DNA of 64,000 nt, taken from Candidatus Omnitrophota bacterium (GTDB lineage: Bacteria; Omnitrophota; Gorgyraeia; Gygaellales; Profunditerraquicolaceae). Below the pieces are notes generated by a model. That model was not told the origin of the DNA and searched no databases. It was given only the letters and a program-made list of their open reading frames with translations. Position numbers and translations under genes: made by a program. The stretch spans positions 76,325 to 140,324 of the forward strand of contig JBAZNT010000001.1 of NCBI GenBank assembly GCA_041649115.1, given 5' to 3'. Position 1 is the first letter of the stretch. Every line of letters begins with the position of its first letter. Below, piece by piece: positions 39,448 to 48,703 of the stretch.

Positions 39448-41615
39448 TCGAACTTGGCAGCAAGGGGGCAGGCAGCATCATTAAAGCCGCGGGTTCTGCC
39501 CTGGATAAAGCAGCTAAAGAGAAAGGGGAATCCTGCGCTATCGGTTTCGGGGGCACCAATTATTATTTGCCGTTGGCATACGCCCTCTTAAGTATTGAGG
39601 CCAGAAGTCTCGGGGACTGCCGGAATATCCTCAGGGAAGCCGAAGCCCTCAATAATAACCACTCAGCTTCCAGCGGTCTTAATATTACCTGCCTCGGAGG
39701 CATATTGAATAAAGGCGTTGCCGCCTTGCTCTGCGAGGAGGTGCTGGCTGCGCTGGCCTATCTTGATAAAGAGCACCCCGGGGAGGGTTCCGCAGGTTTC
39801 CTGCCGGATACCCTGTTAAGGTCGCTGGGCATCCAGTTGGTTGACGGCAGGATTGCCGGTATCGCGGTAATACTGGGGCCTGCTAAGGATGCGGATGGAG
39901 CGGTGCGCATCGTCAGGGATTTCCAGAGCAAAGGCATCGTAAGCATTCTCGTCGGCAACACAGGCGCAAACAGTTTTAAGAAACAACTGGAAGACAAAAA
40001 GGTAGAGATGGGGCTGGAAAATTATATCGTTGCGTTAGGTGACGATTACCTTTCCGCCATCTATGCCGTTAACTGGGCTGTGCGCGCCCCGCTCGTGTAC
40101 GGAGGCCTGAAGAGCGGGCAGTGGCAGGAAATTTTAAAATACAGCCAGGAGAAAATCCCGGCCTTTGTGATGCTGCTTACTCACGTGGATGAGGTATTGG
40201 TGGCTACAGGCCTCGGGGCATTGGCAATGGGGTTTCCCATTATCTCCGACTTGGATATCCCCCAGCTTGGCAAGATAGACACTACTTTATATGAAGCTGT
40301 TGTTAGCGAAAAGGATTACGGCAGGCTGCCTGCCAGGTGCATTGAGACAAGAGGGCTGAAGGTAAGGGTTGCCGAGGTTCCCATACCCGTGCCTTACGCC
40401 CCGGCATTCGAAGGGGAGCGCGTAAGAAAGGAACAGCTGCATGCGGAGTTCGGCAGCAAGAGCACCGTTGCCTTCGAATACCTGACCTTGAAGGGGATGG
40501 ATGAGGTCGAAGACGCCAGGGTAGAATTGAAAGGGCCGGATATCGACCAATTGCCGAAAGGCATGAAATCCCTGCCGTTGGCGATAATCGTAGAAGTAGC
40601 CGGCCGCAGGATGCAGAAAGATTTTGAGCCTATCCTGGAACGCCAGATACACCGCTTTATGAATTATGCCATGGGCGTGATGCACGTCGGCCAGCGCGAC
40701 ATGAACTGGATACGCGTTTCGCGCGATACGTTTGAGAAGGGATTCCGCCTCAAGCATTTCGGAGTCATAATCCATTCCATGCTGCACCAGGAATACAGCG
40801 CTATCGTGGAGAAGGTACAGGTAAAACTTTATACCCGGGAGGAAGACGTCAAGCTGCTCCTGCCGCAGGCCAAGAGGGCCTACGAGGAGCGCGATGAACG
40901 CATTGCCGGCATGGTGGATGAGAGCGTAGATACATTTTACTCCTGCCTGCTCTGCCAATCCTTTGCCCCGAACCACGTCTGCATTATTACTCCGGAGCGC
41001 CTGGGGCTATGCGGTGCTTATTCCTGGCTGGATGCCAAGGCTTCTTTTGAGATTGTTCCCACCGGTCCGAACCAGCCCATTAAAAAGGGGGAGGTCTCAG
41101 ACGGCAACCTGGGGCAATGGAAGAATATAAACGATTTTGTTTATAATAAATCCAATAAGACCATCCAGAAGGTTAATATGTATTCCCTGATTGATTCTCC
41201 TCAGTCTTCCTGCGGTTGTTTTGAGTGTATTGCGGCGATTGTCCCGGAGGTAAACGGTATAATGGTGGTGCACCGTGATTATACCGGCCTGACGCCGGTA
41301 GGCATGAGTTTTACCACCCTGGCGGGTTCGGTAGGCGGGGGGGTGCAGACCCCGGGTTTTCTGGGGATAGGCAAATTATATATTGTCAGCCGTAAATTTA
41401 TCTCTGCTGACGGAGGATTAAAGAGGCTGGTATGGATGCCGCGGGAACTAAAAGAGATATTGGCGGATAAGCTTAAGAAGCGCGCCGAGGAACTTAAAGA
41501 ACCGGACCTTCTTGACAAGATTGCGGATGAAACTACCGCCGGCACTGTTGCAGAGTTGATTGATTTTTTGCAAAAAGTCAAACACCCTGTACTTGGTATG
41601 CCCGCCCTCCTATAG
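39429..41615 (+). CDS. acsB: Acetyl-CoA synthase catalytic subunit (bacterial AcsB; A-cluster protein of CODH/ACS)
   Basis: 728 aa. FYSCLLCQSFAPNHVCIITPERLGLCGAYSWLDAKASFEI and the A-cluster Cys-Gly-Cys motif SSCGCFECIAAIVPE are present. It is collinear with my recollection of Moorella AcsB, which is about 729 aa. Confidence 0.93.
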   Translation: MSTDVLVELGSKGAGSIIKAAGSALDKAAKEKGESCAIGFGGTNYYLPLAYALLSIEARSLGDCRNILREAEALNNNHSASSGLNITCLGGILNKGVAALLCEEVLAALAYLDKEHPGEGSAGFLPDTLLRSLGIQLVDGRIAGIAVILGPAKDADGAVRIVRDFQSKGIVSILVGNTGANSFKKQLEDKKVEMGLENYIVALGDDYLSAIYAVNWAVRAPLVYGGLKSGQWQEILKYSQEKIPAFVMLLTHVDEVLVATGLGALAMGFPIISDLDIPQLGKIDTTLYEAVVSEKDYGRLPARCIETRGLKVRVAEVPIPVPYAPAFEGERVRKEQLHAEFGSKSTVAFEYLTLKGMDEVEDARVELKGPDIDQLPKGMKSLPLAIIVEVAGRRMQKDFEPILERQIHRFMNYAMGVMHVGQRDMNWIRVSRDTFEKGFRLKHFGVIIHSMLHQEYSAIVEKVQVKLYTREEDVKLLLPQAKRAYEERDERIAGMVDESVDTFYSCLLCQSFAPNHVCIITPERLGLCGAYSWLDAKASFEIVPTGPNQPIKKGEVSDGNLGQWKNINDFVYNKSNKTIQKVNMYSLIDSPQSSCGCFECIAAIVPEVNGIMVVHRDYTGLTPVGMSFTTLAGSVGGGVQTPGFLGIGKLYIVSRKFISADGGLKRLVWMPRELKEILADKLKKRAEELKEPDLLDKIADETTAGTVAELIDFLQKVKHPVLGMPALL

Positions 41616-41617
41616 CA

Positions 41618-41637
41618 GGAGCCATTTCTAGGTTGGC
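41618..41637 (+). repeat. GGAGCCATTTCT-AGGTTGGC element upstream of the TPR gene
   Basis: GAGCCATTTCT is the reverse complement of the 11-mer AGAAATGGCTC at 42657-42667. The adjacent 8-mer AGGTTGGC recurs directly at 42673-42680. Confidence 0.5.
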
Positions 41638-41640
41638 TTG

Positions 41641-41675
41641 AAGGGCGTTTCTGTTTTGGGATGGGAAACGTTTAT
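41641..41675 (+). repeat. Degenerate relative of the hairpin-repeat family, possibly a weak acsB terminator
   Basis: AAGGGCGTTTCTG-TTTT-GGGATGGGAAACGTTT contains 3'-arm-like GCGTTTCTG followed by TTTT and a GAAACG complement. The similarity to the family is only partial. Confidence 0.35.
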
Positions 41676-41689
41676 ATTTTAAATTTTTC

Positions 41690-41718
41690 TTGACCTTTTT
41701 TGGCTTTTCTTATATAGT
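41690..41718 (+). promoter_or_regulatory. Sigma-70-like promoter for the TPR gene
   Basis: TTGACC (41690-41695), a 17-nt spacer, then TATAGT (41713-41718), 20 nt upstream of the ATG at 41738. Confidence 0.5.
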
Positions 41719-41737
41719 AGAAACGATAAAGGCGATA

Positions 41738-42610
41738 ATGTCAAAATATCCTCCTAAACCTTTCCCCTTTTATAGCATTATAATAGGAGCGTTGTTTTTG
41801 TTTTTAACGGCGAATTCTGGCGCTGCTCAGGAAGAGAAACTCTCTTTAATACAGAACGAGGCCAGGCTTTACCGCGAGTTGGGATTGGAGTCTCAGAATA
41901 AAGGCGAGCTTCAGGAGGCCCTGGTGTATTACGAAAAGGCCATTGTAATGGATCCTCAATACCCGTTGACCTATAATGATGCCGGTGTTGTCCTGGAAGG
42001 GATGGAGCGCCCGGATTTAGCAAAGACAATGTACCTTAAGGCTATCGAGGTAGCGCCGAATTACCCCGACAGCTATTCAAATCTGGCAATCATTTACGAA
42101 AATGAAGGTAATTACGCCGATGCCGTAACCTGCTGGATGAAACGGGCTACGCTAGGCCCTCCTAACGACCCTTGGGCAGAGGCTGCCCGCCGCAGGATAG
42201 GGGACATCGCCAAGGCGTACCCCCAGGCCTACGGCCTAAGCAGCCAGCAATACCAGCAGGGGGAGCGCAGGCTCAGCGCTGAAGCGGAGGAAATCCCGTT
42301 TTCCTATGAGGCAGAGGCGCCGTCTTCCCAATCGGCGTTGACTTATCTAAAACCGCAATATCCTTTGCCCGAACAGCCGGCGGTAGCATACCAGGATTTT
42401 CCTGCTTCCCAGGGCGTTGCCAGGGCAGGCGGCTCCAGCGGTGGAAATAAAACCCGCGCTTCCAATTACCTTATGCAGGCCAGGGAGAATTTCGATGCAG
42501 GTAGCTATGTAGTAGCTTTGAAAGAAGCAACGGTCGCGGAGTATCTGGACCCCGAAAATTCCGAAATCAGTTCTTTTGTGGAAGAGATCCGTAAAAAACT
42601 TTTAAATTAG
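41738..42610 (+). CDS. Secreted or membrane-anchored tetratricopeptide-repeat protein
   Basis: It has an N-terminal hydrophobic segment (FYSIIIGALFLFLTANSGAAQ) and at least three TPR units (EALVYYEKAIVMDPQYP.., MYLKAIEVAPNYP.., ADAVTCWMKRA). I moved the start from the track's TTG at 41690, which is the -35 hexamer, to ATG 41738. Confidence 0.78.
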   Translation: MSKYPPKPFPFYSIIIGALFLFLTANSGAAQEEKLSLIQNEARLYRELGLESQNKGELQEALVYYEKAIVMDPQYPLTYNDAGVVLEGMERPDLAKTMYLKAIEVAPNYPDSYSNLAIIYENEGNYADAVTCWMKRATLGPPNDPWAEAARRRIGDIAKAYPQAYGLSSQQYQQGERRLSAEAEEIPFSYEAEAPSSQSALTYLKPQYPLPEQPAVAYQDFPASQGVARAGGSSGGNKTRASNYLMQARENFDAGSYVVALKEATVAEYLDPENSEISSFVEEIRKKLLN

Positions 42611-42656
42611 TTACTGCGCTATATCACGCCTCATTTTCCCGTGTTTAATTAATCGT

Positions 42657-42680
42657 AGAAATGGCTCTCCCGAGGTTGGC
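42657..42680 (+). repeat. AGAAATGGCTC-TCCCG-AGGTTGGC element downstream of the TPR gene
   Basis: This is the partner of 41618-41637: the 11-mer is inverted and the 8-mer is direct. Confidence 0.5.
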
Positions 42681-42684
42681 CTAA

Positions 42685-45225
42685 ATGGCTAAAGAAAGAT
42701 TATTTTTACTTGATGCTACAGCTTTTTGCTATCGCGCCTTCTACGCTATCGGAGGCCTGTCTACCTCATCGGGTCAGCCTACCAACGCGGTTTACGGTTT
42801 CGCCAATATGCTTAAGAAGATTATTAAAGATAGGCACCCTGATTTTATCGCTGCTTGTTTTGACGTATCCCGCGATACGTTTCGCCAGAAGAAATTTGCC
42901 GCTTATAAGATACATCGTCCCCCGATGCCTGAAGGCCTATCTTCCCAGATGCCGTTTATCAGGCAGCTGGTGAGCGGTTACGGCATAGCGGTTTTTGAAA
43001 AAGAGGGTTACGAGGCAGACGACATCATTGCGACTATCGCTGCCAGGGCGAAGGAGGAGGGGCTGAAGGTAACCGTCGTTAGCTCCGATAAGGACATACT
43101 GCAGTTGGTGGATGAGGATACCGAGGTATTTAATCCCTACAAGGATAACGGTATTACCTACGATGCAGAGAAGGTCAGGGGGGCTTTTGGGGTAAGCCCT
43201 TCCCAGATCCCGGATCTCATTGCCTTAATGGGAGACGAGGCGGATAACATCCCTGGCATCAGTGGCGTAGGAGAGAAGACTGCGAAGGCACTTATTAAAG
43301 AATTCGGTTCTCTTGAGTCCGTGCTGGCGCACGCCAACCGTATCATCCCCAAGAAGGTTTCAGGCGCCATTGAGGCTAATATGCGTACCGCCACTCTTAA
43401 TAAGGAATTGGCTGTTTTGGATAGCAGGGTGAAGTTGGATTTTAGCCTTGATATGCTGCGCCCCGGACCCCTAGATACCGAGGGGCTCCTGGACTTATTT
43501 AAAAAGCTGGAGTTTAAGAAGTTCAGCAGGGAGCTTCAGGTAGAAGCAGGGGATTCAGTTGCGAAGGAGCTGCCGGTTGGAGGCGATAGCGACCTGGAGC
43601 AGATTATCAGCAGGCGCCTTGAGGTTATTTTAGGATTTAGCGAAGACGCGGGAATATTTTTATCTGCCGCAGGCAGGGGCTTCCGCCTGGCTGCCATTAC
43701 TGCGAAGGCAAGGGAGATGCTTTCGCGCAGCGATATCCCCAAGACCGGTCACGACCTTAAAAGGATTAAGGTAATGCTGCAGAAGAATGGGGTAATCCTC
43801 GCAGGGCTGTATTTTGACACCATGATCGCGGCTTATCTTATTAATCCCGGTAAGGGTTCCTATGCGCTGGAGGATCTCTCCTGGGACTATCTGTCTCAAA
43901 CTCCCTTGAGCAGGGGTATCGATAATGCCGGCGCCCTGACGGCAATCGCTGACCTTAAACCTCTCTTGGAAGCCGAGCTTAAGAAAAGGTCCCTCCTGGA
44001 GCTTTTCCGCAGCATTGAGATGCCGTTGGTGGAGGTGCTGGCGGAAATGGAGACAACGGGGATAAAATTGAACACGATGATCCTGGAGGACCTTTCCAAA
44101 GAACTGGAGAGGAGGCTTATCATCCTAATCCAGGATATATATAAGCTAAGCGGCGCGGAATTCAATATCAATTCCCCAAAACAATTGCGGACCATCATTT
44201 TTGAAAAGCTTGGGCTGCCGGTGGTAAAGAGGACCAAAACCGGCCCTTCTACCGATGAGGAGGTATTAAAGGCCCTGGCCTCTTCTCACGAGCTTCCGGC
44301 GCTGCTTTTAGAATACCGCCAACTTACCAAGTTAAAGAATACCTATGTCGATACCCTGCCCGCCCTGGTTGACCCGAAAACCGGCAGGATTCATACCTCA
44401 TTTAATCAGACCGGTACCGAGACCGGCAGGTTAAGCAGCAGCAACCCTAACCTGCAGAATATACCTACCAGGACCGATATCGGCAGCAGGATCAGGCAGG
44501 CGATCGTGGCCTTTGATTCCGAGAGCTATCTTTTGGCGTGCGACTATTCGCAAATCGAATTAAGAATACTGGCGCACATATCCGGCGACGAGAACCTGAT
44601 CTCGGAATTCAGGCAGGATAAAGACGTGCACCGGGCTACCGCCGCGCTCATCTACGGCCTAGGCGAAACCGAGGTTAGCGACCAGATGCGCGATACCGCC
44701 AAGAGGGTTAATTTCGGTATCATCTACGGCCTGACCTCATATGGTCTTTCTCGCGACCTCTCTATATCATTTGATGAGGCGCAGGATTTTATCGATACCT
44801 ATCTAGCCAAATACCCCCGGGTTAAAGATTATATGCGGGAGCAGATTTCCAGGGCAGAGGATGACGGATTTGTTACCACTATCAGCGGCAGGAGGAGGTA
44901 TATACCGGAAATTAAGGATAAGAATCAGGCAGTACGCCAGTTTGCACAGCGCAAGGCCATCAATACCCCCATCCAGGGCTCGGCAAGCGATTTGATAAAG
45001 GCGGCCATGATTGCGATAGAGCGGAACATAAATGGAAAGGGGATGGCCAGCCGCATGATAATGCAGGTCCACGATGAATTGGTTTTTAACGTACCCCGCC
45101 GGGAGTTTGATGCCGCTATGGGGTTAATCCGGAGCGCGATGGAGCACGTCATAGAGTTAAGCGTCCCGGTAAAGGTTACTGTTAAAAAAGGAGATAATTG
45201 GCTGGATATGGTATCTGTCAACTAA
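42685..45225 (+). CDS. polA: DNA polymerase I (5' nuclease plus polymerase; the 3'-5' exonuclease motifs appear degenerate)
   Basis: 846 aa. The 5'-nuclease region is LLDATAFCYRAFYA..GYEADD. Polymerase motifs are DYSQIELRILAH, RRxAKxxNFGIIYG and QVHDEL. Confidence 0.95.
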   Translation: MAKERLFLLDATAFCYRAFYAIGGLSTSSGQPTNAVYGFANMLKKIIKDRHPDFIAACFDVSRDTFRQKKFAAYKIHRPPMPEGLSSQMPFIRQLVSGYGIAVFEKEGYEADDIIATIAARAKEEGLKVTVVSSDKDILQLVDEDTEVFNPYKDNGITYDAEKVRGAFGVSPSQIPDLIALMGDEADNIPGISGVGEKTAKALIKEFGSLESVLAHANRIIPKKVSGAIEANMRTATLNKELAVLDSRVKLDFSLDMLRPGPLDTEGLLDLFKKLEFKKFSRELQVEAGDSVAKELPVGGDSDLEQIISRRLEVILGFSEDAGIFLSAAGRGFRLAAITAKAREMLSRSDIPKTGHDLKRIKVMLQKNGVILAGLYFDTMIAAYLINPGKGSYALEDLSWDYLSQTPLSRGIDNAGALTAIADLKPLLEAELKKRSLLELFRSIEMPLVEVLAEMETTGIKLNTMILEDLSKELERRLIILIQDIYKLSGAEFNINSPKQLRTIIFEKLGLPVVKRTKTGPSTDEEVLKALASSHELPALLLEYRQLTKLKNTYVDTLPALVDPKTGRIHTSFNQTGTETGRLSSSNPNLQNIPTRTDIGSRIRQAIVAFDSESYLLACDYSQIELRILAHISGDENLISEFRQDKDVHRATAALIYGLGETEVSDQMRDTAKRVNFGIIYGLTSYGLSRDLSISFDEAQDFIDTYLAKYPRVKDYMREQISRAEDDGFVTTISGRRRYIPEIKDKNQAVRQFAQRKAINTPIQGSASDLIKAAMIAIERNINGKGMASRMIMQVHDELVFNVPRREFDAAMGLIRSAMEHVIELSVPVKVTVKKGDNWLDMVSVN

Positions 45226-45241
45226 GAGGGAGGTTTAGAGA

Positions 45242-46618
45242 ATGAAGGTTGTCATATGTGCTTCAGAGGTGGTTCCTTTTGCCAAGACCGGCGGGTTGGC
45301 TGACGTAGCAGGCGCCCTTCCGATAGCGTTGGAGGACGTCGGTCAGGAAGTCGTGATAGTGATGCCTAAATATAAGATGATACAGGATTCCAAGTTTAAT
45401 ATCCAAAGGCTCAAGCAGGGAATTTCCTGTACTACCGTGGGCAGGAATATCAAGGTTTATTTTATCGAGAACAGCCGGTATTTTGAGCGGGAGGGCCTTT
45501 ACGGTGACAAGCAAGGGGATTACCCGGACAACCTCGAGAGATTTTCTTACTATTCCAGAAGGACCCTGGAGTTATTGAAGGAGCTGAATTTCCGCCCGGA
45601 TGTCATCCATGTCCACGACTGGCAGGCGTGCCTTATCCCGGCCTACCTCAAGAACAATTACCGGCAAGAGGAGTTTTACAAGGATACCCGCGTGCTCCTG
45701 ACTATCCACAACATTGGTTACCAGGGGATTTTCTCCAAGGATGAATACCCCAAGCTCGGATTGGACTGGGGGCTTTTCAATATGGAGATGCTGGAGTTTT
45801 ACGATAAGATTAACCTCTTAAAAGGCGGGATAGTGTTCTCGGATACCGTCAATACCGTAAGCCCCACCTATAGCAGGGAGATCCAGACAAAGGAGTTCGG
45901 TTTTGGCCTTGAAGGAATCCTCGCCAAACGCCGCAATGAACTTTTCGGCGTCTTAAACGGCTTGGATTACTCTATCTGGAACCCCGCGACCGACAAGTTT
46001 ATCTCGCAGAATTATTCTGCCCGGACCGTTAATGATAAGCTTAAGAATAAGGAGGACCTGCAGAGGTTCTCTAAGTTGCCGGTTGACGCCAAGGTGCCGC
46101 TCTTTGGCATTGTCTCAAGGCTTGCCGAGCAAAAGGGGTTTGATATCCTCTCTGAGGCCATTGATAAGATCTGCAAGAGGAAACTAGAACTGGTAATACT
46201 GGGCACGGGAGATCAGAAATACCACGAGCTCCTGGGTGATATTGTCAGGAAATACCCGGAGGTAGTCTCCCTGTACCTTAAGTTCGATAATACCCTGGCG
46301 CATAAGATATACGCCGGCTCTGACATATTCCTGATGCCTTCCAAGTACGAGCCGTGCGGGCTGGGGCAGATGATCAGTTTAAGTTACGGCACCATCCCCC
46401 TGGTCTTTAAGACCGGCGGCCTGGCCGATACCGTCAGCGATGCCAACGGGTTTGTCTTTGACCAATACAGCCCCAGCGCGCTGGAGGCGATAATCGATAA
46501 ATCCATCAGGTCTTTCAGCGATAAAAAGAAATGGGGGCCCTTAGTTAAAAAAGCAATGCAATATAATTTTTCCTGGGAGGTTTCCGCCAGGCAATACCTT
46601 AAACTGTATAAGAGATAA
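45242..46618 (+). CDS. glgA: Glycogen (starch) synthase, GT5
   Basis: The N-terminus SEVVPFAKTGGLADV is present, along with PSKYEPCGLGQM. Confidence 0.93.
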   Translation: MKVVICASEVVPFAKTGGLADVAGALPIALEDVGQEVVIVMPKYKMIQDSKFNIQRLKQGISCTTVGRNIKVYFIENSRYFEREGLYGDKQGDYPDNLERFSYYSRRTLELLKELNFRPDVIHVHDWQACLIPAYLKNNYRQEEFYKDTRVLLTIHNIGYQGIFSKDEYPKLGLDWGLFNMEMLEFYDKINLLKGGIVFSDTVNTVSPTYSREIQTKEFGFGLEGILAKRRNELFGVLNGLDYSIWNPATDKFISQNYSARTVNDKLKNKEDLQRFSKLPVDAKVPLFGIVSRLAEQKGFDILSEAIDKICKRKLELVILGTGDQKYHELLGDIVRKYPEVVSLYLKFDNTLAHKIYAGSDIFLMPSKYEPCGLGQMISLSYGTIPLVFKTGGLADTVSDANGFVFDQYSPSALEAIIDKSIRSFSDKKKWGPLVKKAMQYNFSWEVSARQYLKLYKR

Positions 46619-46627
46619 CTCATCTGG

Positions 46628-47224
46628 ATGATGGTGCTAGGCATAACCGGGGGCTTCGGTAGCGGCAAAAGCACCGTTGCCAGGATGTTTGAGTCGCTGG
46701 CAAGGGGGAAGGGGAAGGTTTTGGATGCCGATGCCATTGCCCGCCGGTTGATGGCGAAAGGAAGCAGGGTTTATCGCAGGATAGTAACTGTCTTTGGGGA
46801 CGGCATCATCGGCAGGGGCGGCGAGATTGACCGGCCTAAATTGGCATCCGCGGTTTTTAAAAATCCGGTTTTACTGCGCCGGTTGGCGCAGATAGTGCAC
46901 CCGGAGGTGATAGGCGTTATAAAAAACCGGATAAGTTCCAGCCGAGCCAAGGTCGTCATCCTGGACGTGCCGCTTCTCTTTGAGACAGGGCTGAATGGCA
47001 TGGCAGATAAGGTTATCGTAGTAAAGATTAAGCGCCGGGAGCAGATGCAAAGGCTAAGGCTCTCCAGGGGCTTCGCTAGAAAGGAGATACTGGAGAGGAT
47101 GAATTTCCAGATGCCGCAGGCAGAGAAGATCCGCCTGGCGGACTTTGTAATAGATAACAGCAATAAAATAGAAGAAACAAGAACTCAGGCAGTAAAAATA
47201 TGGAGGTCTTTGTGGAAAAATTAG
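46628..47224 (+). CDS. coaE: Dephospho-CoA kinase
   Basis: [20 protein letters not shown]-loop, in a protein of 198 aa. Confidence 0.9.
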   Translation: MMVLGITGGFGSGKSTVARMFESLARGKGKVLDADAIARRLMAKGSRVYRRIVTVFGDGIIGRGGEIDRPKLASAVFKNPVLLRRLAQIVHPEVIGVIKNRISSSRAKVVILDVPLLFETGLNGMADKVIVVKIKRREQMQRLRLSRGFARKEILERMNFQMPQAEKIRLADFVIDNSNKIEETRTQAVKIWRSLWKN

Positions 47225-48468
47225 ATATCAGCAAGCTTAAGGAAATGAAGATTAACGAACTCAATAAACTATCCAAGGAGCTCGGCGTTAACGGATTAAG
47301 CGGCCTTAGGAAACAGGACCTGATTTTCAAGATCCTGCAGGCCCAGGCGGAAAAAGAGGGTTTGATGTTCGGGGAGGGGGTGTTGGAGATACTGCCTGAA
47401 GGTTTCGGATTCCTGCGTTCTCCCAATTACAATTACCTTCCGTGCCCCGACGATATCTATGTTTCCCCTTCACAGATACGTAAATTTGACCTGAAAACAG
47501 GCGATACCGTAAGCGGGGAGATACGTCCTCCAAAAGAGGGCGAGAAATACTTCGCACTGCTAAAGGTAGAGGCGGTTAATCACGAGCATCCGGAGGACGC
47601 AAAAGAAAAGGTGCTTTTTGATAATCTCACCCCAGTCTATCCCCGCGAGCACTTTATACTTGAGACAGTGCCTACGGAGATCTCGATGCGCATCATGGAT
47701 CTGTTGGCTCCTATCGGCAAGGGGCAGCGCGGGCTTATCGTTGCGCAGCCCTACAGCGGAAAGACCGTGTTATTGCAGAAGATCGCCAATGCCATCATGT
47801 CAAACCAGCCGGAGGTAATACTGATTGTTCTTTTGATCGACGAAAGGCCGGAGGAGGTTACCGATATGCAGCGCCATGTCAAGGGAGAGGTTATCTCTTC
47901 GACCTTTGACGAGCCGCCGGAGAGGCACGTGCAGGTTGCTGAGATTGTGCTGGAGAAAGCCAAGAGGCTGGTGGAGCACAAGAAGGATGTGGTGATTCTC
48001 TTAGACAGCATTACGCGACTGGCGCGGGCCTACAATTCGGTTGTGCCGCACAGCGGTAAGGTGCTTTCCGGAGGCATTGATTCCAATGCCTTGCAGAAGC
48101 CTAAGAGGTTCTTCGGAGCAGCGCGCGCCATAGAAGAGGGAGGAAGCCTTACTATCATTGCCACCGCCCTGGTCGATACCGGCAGCAGGATGGACGAGGT
48201 TATCTTCGAGGAATTCAAGGGGACCGGCAATATGGAGATACAGCTTGACCGCAATCTCTTCCAGCGCAGGATATATCCTGCCATCGACATCAAGCGCTCC
48301 AATACCCGCCACGAGGAATTGCTCCTTAAGCCCGAGATACTGCAAAAGGCCTGGATACTCAGAAAGGTCCTTAATGAGCTTAATAACGTAGAAGCGATGG
48401 AGCTTTTGATTGAGAAACTGTCAAAGACCAAGAATAACACCGAGTTCTTGAACAGCATGAACCAGTAA
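47200..48468 (+). CDS. rho: Transcription termination factor Rho
   Basis: It has a Rho N-terminal domain and an RNA-binding region (GFGFLR), Walker A ([10 protein letters not shown]), and LIDERPEEV. The real start may be the GTG at 47212, which lies 5 nt after GGAGG at 47202-47206. Confidence 0.94.
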   Translation: MEVFVEKLDISKLKEMKINELNKLSKELGVNGLSGLRKQDLIFKILQAQAEKEGLMFGEGVLEILPEGFGFLRSPNYNYLPCPDDIYVSPSQIRKFDLKTGDTVSGEIRPPKEGEKYFALLKVEAVNHEHPEDAKEKVLFDNLTPVYPREHFILETVPTEISMRIMDLLAPIGKGQRGLIVAQPYSGKTVLLQKIANAIMSNQPEVILIVLLIDERPEEVTDMQRHVKGEVISSTFDEPPERHVQVAEIVLEKAKRLVEHKKDVVILLDSITRLARAYNSVVPHSGKVLSGGIDSNALQKPKRFFGAARAIEEGGSLTIIATALVDTGSRMDEVIFEEFKGTGNMEIQLDRNLFQRRIYPAIDIKRSNTRHEELLLKPEILQKAWILRKVLNELNNVEAMELLIEKLSKTKNNTEFLNSMNQ

Positions 48469-48486
48469 TTGATAGAGGAGGCAGGC

Positions 48487-48693
48487 ATGAAAGAGAATAT
48501 TCACCCCAAATACCAGGATTGCGTGATTGTGTGCGCGTGCGGCAATACCATCCATACCCGCTCCACCAAGCCGAACATCCGGGTGGACGTATGTTCAAGG
48601 TGCCACCCATTTTTCACAGGCAAACAGAAATTTGTGGATTCCGCCGGCAGGGTTGATAAGTTTATGAAGAAATACGGCAAGAAGCAATCCTAG
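48487..48693 (+). CDS. rpmE: 50S ribosomal protein L31 (Cys-containing, zinc-binding type)
   Basis: MKENIHPKY.., with cysteine motifs CACG and [10 protein letters not shown]. The ATG at 48487 follows a GAGGAGG RBS. Confidence 0.93.
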   Translation: MKENIHPKYQDCVIVCACGNTIHTRSTKPNIRVDVCSRCHPFFTGKQKFVDSAGRVDKFMKKYGKKQS

Positions 48694-48703
48694 GCTGCGA
48701 GGG

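Noticed and set aside
41690-41737. TTG at 41690 as the start of the TPR protein
   Set aside because: The TTG is the first three bases of a TTGACC -35 hexamer that is correctly spaced from TATAGT. The ATG at 41738 gives a sensible hydrophobic N-terminal leader.
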